Positions 1 through 8,311 of a DNA stretch of 64,000 bases are shown one piece after another. Positions within the stretch are counted from its first letter, which is position 1. Each line of letters opens with the position of its first letter. This DNA comes from a virus. Lineage: Duplodnaviria > Caudoviricetes. A program made the translations under genes and the position numbers. The notes under the pieces were generated by a model that made no database searches, was not told the origin of the DNA, and was given only the letters and a program-made list of their open reading frames with translations. The stretch lies in IMG/VR virus record IMGVR_UViG_3300021431_000113, positions 12,167 to 76,166 of that record, one strand, 5' to 3'.

Positions 1-499
1 GGGAACTTTTTATGGTTCATATGAAGAGTTCCTTGATTATGTAGAAGTAAAGAAGACTAAGATGAATTTGACGAACCTAAAAGAGGCATTGACCATGCTT
101 TCCGCATCCGAGTATATAGATTATATAGTTGATAAAACTAATGAGAATTATTTTAATGCTTTTATTTTTAAACGTACTCGTGAAGATATGGCTATTAGTT
201 TAGATATGGCGGAAAGATGTCAAAAGTTGGCAAAACAAAATCATAAACAAAGCTGGATTCCGCTTCTTAAAACATGGATAGGCGTACAATATATGTATGA
301 TAAACAACCTTTTACTCTTGCTGAGTTATGTAGTATGACTGGGTTATCACCTTATCAAATTAGAGAAAGTAAAAAAATACTAGAGAAAGATAATTTATTT
401 GTTACTTCGCGCGCTTATGCTTCTTATGAAAGGTGTATAGGTACTAATGTAGAATTAAATGGTATATATGAAGAAAATAGGAAAGTTGTTAAAAAGTAA
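1..499 (+). CDS. 5'-truncated protein with C-terminal winged-helix-like segment (possible replication/regulatory protein)
   Basis: Frame of ORF 62..499 is open back to base 2 (GTFYGSYEEF...). C-terminal FTLAELCSMTGLSPYQIRESKKILEK resembles an HTH. Function is inferred. Confidence 0.55.
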   Translation, partial: GTFYGSYEEFLDYVEVKKTKMNLTNLKEALTMLSASEYIDYIVDKTNENYFNAFIFKRTREDMAISLDMAERCQKLAKQNHKQSWIPLLKTWIGVQYMYDKQPFTLAELCSMTGLSPYQIRESKKILEKDNLFVTSRAYASYERCIGTNVELNGIYEENRKVVKK

Positions 500-504
500 G
501 CGGA

Positions 505-585
505 AGTTCGTCATTTTTTAACATACTTCTTAACCAATATTATAAATATATATTCGTTAAGAACTTTACAAGAAAATGACGAACT
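505..585. repeat. Nested inverted repeat with AT-rich core
   Basis: AGTTCGTCATTTT (505-517) / AAAATGACGAACT (573-585) enclose TTCTTAAC/GTTAAGAA and an almost pure A/T loop. Confidence 0.75.
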
Positions 586-673
586 CGAATTAAAATTTTT
601 GCAATAATACTAAAGTTCACTAAAATTTTAGGTGAAATTTAATAAAGTGCTATATAGTTTAAGAAAGGTGTAA

Positions 674-772
674 GTGGTTGAGGAACTTGAAATAAAAATT
701 GAGGAAATTCTAGCAAGATGGGAGATAGACGTGACCGACCTCCATCCCCTCAACCCTTCTCAACACGAATAA
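674..772 (+). CDS. Possible 32-aa small protein (MVEELEIKIEEILARWEIDVTDLHPLNPSQHE)
   Basis: RBS AAGAAAGGTG followed by GTG start and TAA stop; not in the ORF track. Confidence 0.3.
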   Translation: MVEELEIKIEEILARWEIDVTDLHPLNPSQHE

Positions 773-799
773 CGACCGTTAGCAACACCCGCATAAAAT

Positions 800-828
800 T
801 TGACAAATTTAAAAAATTATATTATAAT
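800..828 (+). promoter_or_regulatory. Consensus sigma-A promoter
   Basis: TTGACA(800-805)-N17-TATAAT(823-828). Confidence 0.85.
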
Positions 829-834
829 ATAATA

Positions 835-1187
835 AAGAAAATATAAAACGGTATAGTTTTAATTTCCGGCACTTCGTGCCTCCAATTAAAACTATACCTT
901 AGAGTGACTTCTTTTGTCGAGAGGTCTTTTTGACGTGGCCCGCTCCGGAACAACCAAGTTTCAGGTGCCTATGACGTTCTTTTGGTGAGCGTAATGCGAG
1001 CCGAATAACTGGAGCGGGATGCCATATCCTGCGTGGCGGACGCTCGCCGCCCGTTCAATCAACTACCCGCAAGAGGTCTATAAGTCAATCAACTATACCT
1101 ATTGTGCCTATGCGGGTTGGCGTTTAAGGTGGAGCGGAGGAAGTTCCTTTAGGTTTACATAATATTTTTATGTAAACCTTTTTTTTG
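835..1187 (+). ncRNA. GC-rich multi-hairpin non-coding element (ncRNA, primer RNA or single-strand origin candidate)
   Basis: No ORF. Stems GGTATAGTTTTAATT/AATTAAAACTATACC, CCCGCTCC/GGAGCGGG and GGCGG/CCGCC. Ends in a terminator hairpin with a U-tract. Confidence 0.5.
1151..1187 (+). terminator. Intrinsic terminator
   Basis: AGGTTTACAT/ATGTAAACCT stem followed by a T-run. Confidence 0.7.
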
Positions 1188-1310
1188 TGCAAAATGCACA
1201 AAATTTTGGGAAAATTTTAAAAAATTTTTGTGCAACTTTTTTAGAAAAAAATTTGACAATGCAGGAATTTTATGGTAGAATCGGGGCGCTTCGCAAGCTC
1301 GCGCGCCGGC
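1185..1310 (+). promoter_or_regulatory. Dyad/promoter module copy A (variant)
   Basis: TGCACAA (1195-1201), TTGTGCAA (1185, 1228), promoter TTGACA(1253)-N17-TAGAAT, then GC-rich sequence with GCCGGC. Confidence 0.65.
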
Positions 1311-1386
1311 AAATCTTTGTCAATAGGCAAAATTCACAAAAAATCAGCGCGAATCTGCTTATTTTTCAGCAAATTCGCGCATTTTT

Positions 1387-1764
1387 TCACTTTTTTGGGC
1401 GGTGTTTGGTCAATTTTATTGTATATTTCTCGTCAAAATAAGAAAAATACAGTTCTGTTTCAGTTTTTTGCCCAGTAATTACTACATTTTCATCATCAAA
1501 GAGCGCATCTTTAATAATTTGGAGCAAATCCGCCTTATTATAGTCAATTTTACGCTCTTTTTTAACATTTTTACGAGGGTTTGCACTCTTTTCATAGTGA
1601 CGTCCGCCCGCCTTAGCTTTCTTATCTATTTCCTCTTGTTCGGGGTTAGTCATTTTATCATTATCAGCAAGCCATAATTCACAAGCTTCAGCAAGGGAAA
1701 TATCAAGGTTATCCATGAGTTTATCAATCTCTTTATCAGGTATATCAAATCTATTATATTTCAT
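1387..1764 (-). CDS. Hypothetical early protein, paralog of 2120..2500
   Basis: Start re-assigned to MKYNRFDIP (RBS AGAGGAG, own promoter 1796-1824). Shares the KLTKHRPKK C-terminus with its neighbour. Confidence 0.85.
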   Translation of the reverse strand: MKYNRFDIPDKEIDKLMDNLDISLAEACELWLADNDKMTNPEQEEIDKKAKAGGRHYEKSANPRKNVKKERKIDYNKADLLQIIKDALFDDENVVITGQKTETELYFSYFDEKYTIKLTKHRPKK

Positions 1765-1917
1765 AAGTTTATCTCCTCTCTTACTTTCTATTGTTATTAT
1801 AGCATAGCGGTGTTGATTTGTCAACAAAAAAATAAATATCTTTGGTCTTTTCCATTTCTGCGGTTTTCTGTTAAATTTTAAACAGTCTACATAGTGTACG
1901 TTAAGCAAAATTAGAAA

Positions 1918-2037
1918 CGAAAAACCCTCAAAAATAGAGGACGGGTCTATTCTTGAGGGGGAGGACACAATCCGACAAAATGGATGGCGGCTGTGTTGAA
2001 CGACTTTTTTCGAGAAAGTATTTATTTTTTACTTTCT
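1918..2037 (-). ncRNA. Candidate ~120-nt sRNA with CCUCC motif
   Basis: Promoter 2044-2072, no RBS/ATG, terminator CCCTCAAGAATAGA...TCTATTTTTGAGGG plus U-tract. Confidence 0.45.
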
Positions 2038-2119
2038 ATAAATATTATACCAAAAAATTTTTTATTTGTCAACAATTATTTTTAGGGGCCGGCCGCAGTT
2101 AAGGGGGTCTAACGACCCC

Positions 2120-2500
2120 CTATTTTTTAGGGGGACGATGTTTTGTGAGTTTGAATGTGTAGGTTTCGCCCTCAAAAGTGAAAGTGGTTTCAGTTTCTGT
2201 CTTTCTGTTGACAACTACTGCGCCCAAATCTTCAACGAGTGCGCTCACTTCATCAAGAAAGAATTTTTTAGTTTCATCTACCTTACGAACCTTTTCAGTT
2301 TTTTTTCTATTGCCACTCTTTTCGTATCTGCGAGGAGCGTTCTTTTCGGCTTCTTTGATAGCCTTCTTTGTTTCTTCGCTTTCCTCTTGCTTTCCGCTTT
2401 CTTCAAGTATCAAATCACAAGCATCAGCAATTGAGCAACCGAGCTTTTCTACATACTCATCAATTTTATTATCGTCTACATCAAATCCGTTATATCTCAT
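2120..2500 (-). CDS. Hypothetical early protein, paralog of 1387..1764
   Basis: ORF with RBS and own promoter; clear end-to-end similarity to the downstream paralog. Confidence 0.85.
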   Translation of the reverse strand: MRYNGFDVDDNKIDEYVEKLGCSIADACDLILEESGKQEESEETKKAIKEAEKNAPRRYEKSGNRKKTEKVRKVDETKKFFLDEVSALVEDLGAVVVNRKTETETTFTFEGETYTFKLTKHRPPKK

Positions 2501-2556
2501 TTTGAGTACCTCTCTTTCATTTGATACTTATATTATACTACTTTGGGGTTGACTTG

Positions 2557-3261
2557 TCAACCCCTTTCATATAATTTTTTTCTCATAGGTTTATGTTTTC
2601 TAAAGCAATAAGCTAAAATTTCTTTTTCAATAAGTACATCTTCCAAACCTGTATGACTTTCAACAAAATCATAGTTACTACTTATATATTTATAGATAAC
2701 CTCAGCTTTTACTTGTGGTCTTGGTGTCTTATGCTTTGTCATATATCCATTTTCAAGACAAAATGCTTTATAGCTTGGAGTTTTTGCAACTACATCTAAA
2801 GCCATTTTCATAGTATCCCAAACTTCTGTGCCATATGGTAAAAAGTTTCTATACTTGGACTTTGTTAGCCATCTTTGAGTGTTTTTCGTTGCGCCATCAT
2901 CAAACCTTGCATTATGGGCGCATACTATTTTTGTATTGTATCTTTTCATCGTATCAGCAAGGTCTTTTCTAATTGTATACCATGTTGCAACCTTGCGCTT
3001 GCCACTCTTTATATCTTCCCAATATTTAGGAATTTTATTGCTATAATAAGCACTATTCATTAAAGTTTTTTCATCCATGAAAATGTCACGATTTATATAT
3101 GACTTTGTTTCGTAAACAGTACCTTTTTTATCAACAACCGCCCACCCAATGTCATATACGAACATATTGAATGGTGAAACACCCTCAAAGTCTTTATCAA
3201 GTGGACAAGTTTCTGTATCAAGTACAACGATGTAATGCTTTCTTCTGTCGATTTTTTCCAT
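2557..3261 (-). CDS. DEDDh (DnaQ-like) 3'-5' exonuclease
   Basis: ExoI VVLDTET, ExoII AHNARFD, ExoIII HTGLED motifs. Confidence 0.85.
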   Translation of the reverse strand: MEKIDRRKHYIVVLDTETCPLDKDFEGVSPFNMFVYDIGWAVVDKKGTVYETKSYINRDIFMDEKTLMNSAYYSNKIPKYWEDIKSGKRKVATWYTIRKDLADTMKRYNTKIVCAHNARFDDGATKNTQRWLTKSKYRNFLPYGTEVWDTMKMALDVVAKTPSYKAFCLENGYMTKHKTPRPQVKAEVIYKYISSNYDFVESHTGLEDVLIEKEILAYCFRKHKPMRKKLYERG

Positions 3262-3321
3262 TTTGTTAAACCCTCTTTTCTTTATTTGATATACTTATTG
3301 TATCATATCGCTTGGCATTTG

Positions 3322-3783
3322 TCAAGCGATATTTACAAGTTTTTCAATTTCTTTCATTATATTATAATTTGCATTGATTGTAGCACCCAATCTCCAACCT
3401 TTGCGCACCATTTCGTTATCATCAACTAAAACCTGATAACCACCAATTTTTCTTGTGCAATTTGCTTTAGTAGTTCCATATTTTACAAGATGGATTTCAT
3501 CATATGGAAAATTGTACTTTGCAAGCCAATCAAGTTTTGCTTTTCTTGTTCTGTTATTGTATTCTTTTGTACCATTCTTTGCAAGCCATGTTGTAACAAC
3601 TACTTTCCAACCTCTTATTTTAAGAGTATTGAGAAGATTTGCAAGTTCTACCATATTATAAAGTGGCTCTGCTACTTCATAAGGTGTGGTATCTTCGGCT
3701 TTAAGATAATCAAGCCAACCTTTTACACCATAGAAATTTGCGATTGTACCATCCATGTCAAATACGATTGTTTTATTTGCCAT
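3322..3783 (-). CDS. HAD-superfamily phosphatase (5'(3')-deoxyribonucleotidase-like)
   Basis: Motif I FDMDGT, motif II VVTT, motif IV LVDD. Start re-assigned to MANKTIV. Confidence 0.8.
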   Translation of the reverse strand: MANKTIVFDMDGTIANFYGVKGWLDYLKAEDTTPYEVAEPLYNMVELANLLNTLKIRGWKVVVTTWLAKNGTKEYNNRTRKAKLDWLAKYNFPYDEIHLVKYGTTKANCTRKIGGYQVLVDDNEMVRKGWRLGATINANYNIMKEIEKLVNIA

Positions 3784-3875
3784 AGCCTTTGTTCTCCTTT
3801 CCTTTACTGTAATTACATTATACAGTATAAGAATAGAAATGTCAACAAAAAAATAAAAAAAATCATAGGTAAAAA

Positions 3876-4022
3876 TGCACAAAGATCGGGTCCTGTTTTT
3901 GTGCAGTCTGACGGGCGGCCGGCGCAAAATTTTACGAAAGTCAATAGTAATATTGTACAAAAAAAGTATTTAATCCTTGTACAATATTCCGACTTGCAAA
4001 AAATAAAAATTTTTAGTATAAT
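3876..4022 (+). promoter_or_regulatory. Dyad/promoter module copy B (two dyads)
   Basis: TGCACAA-N16-TTGTGCA (3876-3905), GCCGGC (3918), TTGTACAA-N16-TTGTACAA (3953-3984), promoter TTGCAA-N17-TATAAT (3994-4022). Confidence 0.7.
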
Positions 4023-4027
4023 TATAT

Positions 4028-4135
4028 CAGAAAGTGAGAGAGAGATTAAAAAGAACTACAAATAGAGGTCGACAGTTTGGGCGCGCGAAACGGACTTTGG
4101 AATGAAAAAGGTAGTACACCTTAATCTCAAAAAAC
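4028..4135 (+). ncRNA. Candidate rod-like small RNA
   Basis: Downstream of a promoter, no ATG ORF. Nested stems GAGATTAA/TTAATCTC, ACTAC/GTAGT and GTTT/AAAC. Confidence 0.35.
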
Positions 4136-4235
4136 TTTAAAAAAATTAAATAAAGTGCTTGACAAAAAGCAAAAATTTTAGTATAATAAGTATGTAAAGT
4201 AAATCAAATAAATTTTAAGAAAGAGGTGTTCGTTT

Positions 4236-4589
4236 ATGACAAAGAGAGATGTTATTACAAAGGCAATTGCAACTGAGGGTGTTTTCACAGATGAGGAGAA
4301 GGCTGTTTTCCAGAAGATGCTCGAACAGCTTGACAAGAAGTCCTCAAAGCCTACAAAGGCACAGATTGAGAACGAGGGGTTTAAGGCTGACATCCTTGAG
4401 GTTGTAGCTGATGGTCATGCTCGCACAGCAAAGGAAATCGGTCTTGAGGTTGGTATCTCTACCAACAAGGCATCTGCTCTGCTTCGTGCGCTTGTTCTTG
4501 ATAACAAGGTGGAGAAGATTGCTCCCGAAAAGACAAAGGATGCTCCTACTTATGTGGGAGTTGAGGATGCTACACCTTACGAGGTGTAG
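4236..4589 (+). CDS. Winged-helix DNA-binding protein, paralog of 9426..9743
   Basis: TAKEIGLEVGISTNKASALLRALV HTH. Promoter 4159-4187 and RBS GAAAGAGG. Strong AAG/GAG codon bias. Confidence 0.8.
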   Translation: MTKRDVITKAIATEGVFTDEEKAVFQKMLEQLDKKSSKPTKAQIENEGFKADILEVVADGHARTAKEIGLEVGISTNKASALLRALVLDNKVEKIAPEKTKDAPTYVGVEDATPYEV

Positions 4590-4726
4590 TACTATCTAAC
4601 TAAAAAGTGTGGTTGATAGTTAGCAACTCTGCAAGGATAAAAAAACGCTCCTATAAGATAAAGTAGATAGCTTTGAGGCTTGTTTTAAACAAACTTGTTA
4701 CGGACTACTTTAAAAAACACTTAAAG

Positions 4727-4835
4727 TTGCACAAATTTCAGGAATGAGATTTGTGCAACTTTTTTATATTTTTTACTTGACAAAATGTGCGGCGAATGGT
4801 ATAATGGAATTTTGGGCTGGCGCGATCGCCAGCCC
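4727..4835 (+). promoter_or_regulatory. Dyad/promoter module copy C
   Basis: TTGCACAA-N16-TTGTGCAA (4727-4758), TTGACA(4777)-N17-TATAAT, hairpin GGGCTGGCG/CGCCAGCCC. Confidence 0.8.
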
Positions 4836-4841
4836 GCCGCC

Positions 4842-5069
4842 AAAAAGAAAAGAAGAACCTTTTTGAGGTTCTTCTTCCGATTGCGCAATCTCTCGTTTCG
4901 GTTTTGTTTTCGTATAACCTGAGGAAGAGTATCCCACTTTGAAGTGCGCCAGTATACCATTTTTTTAGTTTCCTATTGAACAAGAGTGAACACTGGATTT
5001 CTCTAAAGTCAACTGAATTCCGACCTTCAGTATGGGAGTTTTTTTAATGACTTTGCTTTGTCATTTTCT
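4842..5069 (-). ncRNA. Candidate ~220-nt non-coding transcript
   Basis: Promoter 5076-5104 and terminator AGAAGAACC/GGTTCTTCT plus U-run; no convincing ORF between them. Confidence 0.35.
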
Positions 5070-5111
5070 GTATTTATTATATCATAGTGCTTGACCGTTG
5101 TCAAGGGCTTT

Positions 5112-5315
5112 TTAAAAACTATCATAACCATAACTTTCTAAGCAACCGCACATGATTTTTAGTATAGGATGCTTACAAAGAAGACGGATTGTTTCAACTT
5201 TTTGTTGTGGAGTAAGTTCTAATCCCTCATCTATTTTTAACTGTTCTTCAAAATGATTCATTATTTCTTCTGTTGACATCATAGGAGAATCATTTGTTAA
5301 AACTAACTTATCCAT
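5112..5315 (-). CDS. Hypothetical early protein
   Basis: ORF with RBS AAGAGAGG and own promoter. Confidence 0.75.
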   Translation of the reverse strand: MDKLVLTNDSPMMSTEEIMNHFEEQLKIDEGLELTPQQKVETIRLLCKHPILKIMCGCLESYGYDSF

Positions 5316-5378
5316 TTTTGTACCTCTCTTTTATTTGATATATTTATTATATCATTTTAGGGGTTATTTGTCAACCCC

Positions 5379-5663
5379 CTAAATATCAACTTTTAAAAGT
5401 TTTAATGTTGCAATTATGCAACCCCACGCATTGTGTCCCATGTCATTAGGAATAGCATCCCAAACCTCGGGATAAATGCGTTTAATTCCAGTTAAAAGCA
5501 TTCCGCCCCAGTTACCGCCACAAGCTGAACAAATACTTAAAAATTCATCACAACTCATTTCATCCGTATCAGCTTTAAAACATTCAGTTACAACCTTTTC
5601 GCCATTTTTACCCCATTCTTTTGCAAGTAGACTCATACAATAAACAATATCTGCATAATCCAT
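5379..5663 (-). CDS. Hypothetical early protein
   Basis: ORF with RBS AAGGAG. Confidence 0.8.
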   Translation of the reverse strand: MDYADIVYCMSLLAKEWGKNGEKVVTECFKADTDEMSCDEFLSICSACGGNWGGMLLTGIKRIYPEVWDAIPNDMGHNAWGCIIATLKLLKVDI

Positions 5664-5667
5664 CTTA

Positions 5668-5859
5668 TTATCTCCTTTTTCCTTGTATTCTTACATCGTG
5701 AAAAACTACTCCACCAATTTCTGATGCGGCTTTATCAGCTTTGAATCCATCTTCATAAGCACCCCAAAACCAATATTCATTATCACGTTCTCTTGCTACT
5801 ACAAATTCATAGTCATTAGCATAATCAGGTTTATTATGAATTATTATTTTCTCTTTCAC
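5668..5859 (-). CDS. Hypothetical early protein
   Basis: GTG start after RBS GAAAGAGAGG, own promoter. Confidence 0.75.
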   Translation of the reverse strand: MKEKIIIHNKPDYANDYEFVVARERDNEYWFWGAYEDGFKADKAASEIGGVVFHDVRIQGKRR

Positions 5860-5897
5860 TTTGTTACCTCTCTTTCCTTTACTGTAATTAAAGTATA

Positions 5898-6071
5898 TCA
5901 CATCTCTTTTAGTTTGTCAAGCATTTTTTGCTCTCTTTTTTTATTTTTATATAATCTATTTTCTCTACACCATAGACAGGAACCATGATTTCTACAAGTG
6001 CAATCAATAGCTTTACTACCATAGTAAGGCTTTCTTTTTTCTTTTCCATACTTAATAGCTTTATCTAACAT
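5898..6071 (-). CDS. 57-aa basic Cys/His-rich protein (missed by ORF track)
   Basis: MLDKAIKYGKEKRKPYYGSKAIDCTCRNHGSCLWCRENRLYKNKKREQKMLDKLKEM; RBS AAGAGG and promoter upstream. Confidence 0.75.
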   Translation of the reverse strand: MLDKAIKYGKEKRKPYYGSKAIDCTCRNHGSCLWCRENRLYKNKKREQKMLDKLKEM

Positions 6072-6234
6072 AGTGCTTTACCTCTTTTCCTCTTCTTGTA
6101 ATTAAATTATATCATAAACAAGAGTAAAATGCAATACTAATTTTATTGTTTTTATGTTAAGATTCTGCGGCGGCCGGCGCGGTTAGAGGTCTTTAACGAC
6201 CTCTTCCGCCTACCAAGGAAACCAACCAATTTTC

Positions 6235-6486
6235 TTAATCATTTAAATCACTTCCTTCCTTTTTTTTATCTTCTATGTCTACAAGGTTTGCTATATTATC
6301 TAAGCTATAGCCTATTTCATCAATGTCATTATAAATCTTTGTTGCGTTGCCACTTGTCTCGTCAGCCTCTTCAAGCTCATCCCATATTTTATTCACAATT
6401 TTTTGTGCTGATACTAGAGTTTGAATTTCTTCGTTAGTAAGAGCAACTCCTGATACATATATTTTAGTTTCTTTTATTACTTTCAT
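6235..6486 (-). CDS. Hypothetical early protein
   Basis: ORF with RBS AAGGAG and own promoter. Confidence 0.75.
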   Translation of the reverse strand: MKVIKETKIYVSGVALTNEEIQTLVSAQKIVNKIWDELEEADETSGNATKIYNDIDEIGYSLDNIANLVDIEDKKKEGSDLND

Positions 6487-6555
6487 TTTTCATTACTCCT
6501 TTTCTCTTTTGATACATTTATTATACTATATTTGCGGTTGTTTGTCAAGAGTTTT

Positions 6556-6747
6556 TTACAAATAAATTTCTTTTTTTCGAGTGTCTATTTCAATAGTACC
6601 ACCTATTTTAGTATGACCATCATTTGAGGTTTGTATTTGTCCTAACCTAACACCATAATTTATATATCCGCTATCGTCCATTGTATAGACTTGATAATTT
6701 TCAATATTATTTTGACAACACCATTCATAAAGTTCTCTTACTGTCAT
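6556..6747 (-). CDS. Hypothetical early protein
   Basis: Start re-assigned to MTVRELYEW after RBS AAAGGTG. Confidence 0.75.
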   Translation of the reverse strand: MTVRELYEWCCQNNIENYQVYTMDDSGYINYGVRLGQIQTSNDGHTKIGGTIEIDTRKKEIYL

Positions 6748-6791
6748 TTCATCACCTTTTTTCTTTATTATATCATACTTTTGGGGGTATG

Positions 6792-7040
6792 TCAACCCCC
6801 ATAAAGTAGAATTAAGAAATAAATATTAAGTGCTACACTTGCAAGGTGCATTACAAGTCCGTTAATATGTCTATCCACCTTTAAATCTTTTATCGTACCA
6901 ATCAGCGCAACTGCTAAACCGAACCATGCAATCGACAGACCAAAAATCATAATCAGTACTACATTTATTACAGTTATTAAAGCACGAATGTCATTGTATT
7001 CAAGTCTAAATGGTTCTTCTATCTTGAAAAATTCTTTCAT
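6792..7040 (-). CDS. Small membrane protein (2-3 TM)
   Basis: Hydrophobic stretches ALITVINVVLIMIFGLSIAWFGLAVALIG and LVMHLASVALNIYFLILLY. Confidence 0.75.
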   Translation of the reverse strand: MKEFFKIEEPFRLEYNDIRALITVINVVLIMIFGLSIAWFGLAVALIGTIKDLKVDRHINGLVMHLASVALNIYFLILLYGG

Positions 7041-7160
7041 CTTTTGTTCTCCTTTCCTTTACTGTAATTACATTATAGCATAAGTAACTTTATTTGTCAA
7101 CAACTTTTTATTTTTTTAGGGCGGCCGGCGCTTTGAGGTGCCACGAGGACACCTTTCGCG

Positions 7161-7382
7161 CTAAACATTCCAATCATAATTTTCACGTAATTCTTCCCAA
7201 GTTACACAACTATCTGTAAAGCAATATTCATTAGGAAAATTAGAATAAAGCTCATCAAGAGCATCAAAAAATTTTTTGAGTGCTTTATCATATGCTTGTC
7301 TTTCACGCTTTTCGAGTTCTCTATCAACATTAGCTTTTAAAGTTACAAGTTCGTTTACACTCATCTTTTCAAAATCTGTCAT
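7161..7382 (-). CDS. Hypothetical early protein
   Basis: ORF with RBS AAGGAG. Confidence 0.75.
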   Translation of the reverse strand: MTDFEKMSVNELVTLKANVDRELEKRERQAYDKALKKFFDALDELYSNFPNEYCFTDSCVTWEELRENYDWNV

Positions 7383-7388
7383 TATTTA

Positions 7389-7643
7389 TCACTCCTTTTC
7401 TATAATAGTTGGTGCTTCATTTACTATATCTTCTAAACCATCGCCATCATAATCTGTTATCCACTCTTTGTCTATTAATTCATGTTTTAAAACATCAGCA
7501 TCAATCAACCTTCCGTGCCCTTTCGGAAGTGGTGTGCCATTTTGAATTGCCTTAATATAACAAAACACACCTTCGGGATAGGATGGTCTCATCTTCAAAT
7601 AATTTTGGTATTCTTCCTCAGGTATCTCAATCACTATCTTCAT
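7389..7643 (-). CDS. Hypothetical phage protein
   Basis: ORF with RBS and promoter; NGTPLPKGHGRLIDAD motif recalled from other phage small proteins. Confidence 0.75.
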   Translation of the reverse strand: MKIVIEIPEEEYQNYLKMRPSYPEGVFCYIKAIQNGTPLPKGHGRLIDADVLKHELIDKEWITDYDGDGLEDIVNEAPTIIEKE

Positions 7644-7699
7644 CAGCTTTTACCTCTTTTCTTTTGATAAATCTATTATATCATAGGGTTGACGATTTG

Positions 7700-8197
7700 T
7701 CAACCCTCAATTAGTCCATTTTTTACATACATTTGTATAAGTGCTGTTTGAAGTTCTGTCCAAAACTTTTTTATTTTTCTTGGATGATTTGTCATGTACT
7801 CGCCAGCCCATCTTGTAGCCATGAATTCATCGGGGCATACATGATACCATGCGTTCATTTCATTTTCATCGACATCAGCTTCACAAATAATATCTTTTTG
7901 ATAATTAAAATATTCTCTTTCTTCATCTGTCCACATATCCTCTGTCATGCAATGACCGATTTCGTGCATCAGTGCCCAAAGGAAAATATCAGCATTTATA
8001 TTAGGATACCTTTTAATTGCATCCTCGATAAACTGCCCCTCTCCATTTTCAGTAGCAAGGAAAGTGTAACCAATCAATCTTCTACCATTGTCGCAAAAAG
8101 CTTCAAATTCAGTATCAAATCTAGCAGTAACTCCAAAATTCTTCTTTGTGAAGTTGTTTATTATTTTATCTACTTTTTTTATTCCTTTTACTTTCAT
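7700..8197 (-). CDS. HExxH putative metallopeptidase-like protein
   Basis: ALMHEIGH motif and downstream EFMATRWA. Confidence 0.6.
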   Translation of the reverse strand: MKVKGIKKVDKIINNFTKKNFGVTARFDTEFEAFCDNGRRLIGYTFLATENGEGQFIEDAIKRYPNINADIFLWALMHEIGHCMTEDMWTDEEREYFNYQKDIICEADVDENEMNAWYHVCPDEFMATRWAGEYMTNHPRKIKKFWTELQTALIQMYVKNGLIEG

Positions 8198-8311
8198 ATT
8201 TCTTACCTCTTTCCTTTTTTGTAATTACATTATAGCAGATTTGATTCTATTTGTCAACTACTTTTTTGAGGGGGCCGGCGGTCAAGGACGCCTTAGGCAT
8301 CCTTTCCGCAA

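Noticed and set aside
835-1187. tmRNA, RNase P or SRP identity for the hairpin cluster
   Set aside because: No tRNA-like ends or tag ORF, no GAGGAAAGUCC P4 motif and no SRP GGAA-loop domain.
4721-4960. 79-aa ORF MVYWRTSKW...
   Set aside because: Runs through a terminator and a promoter/dyad module, with a low-complexity translation.
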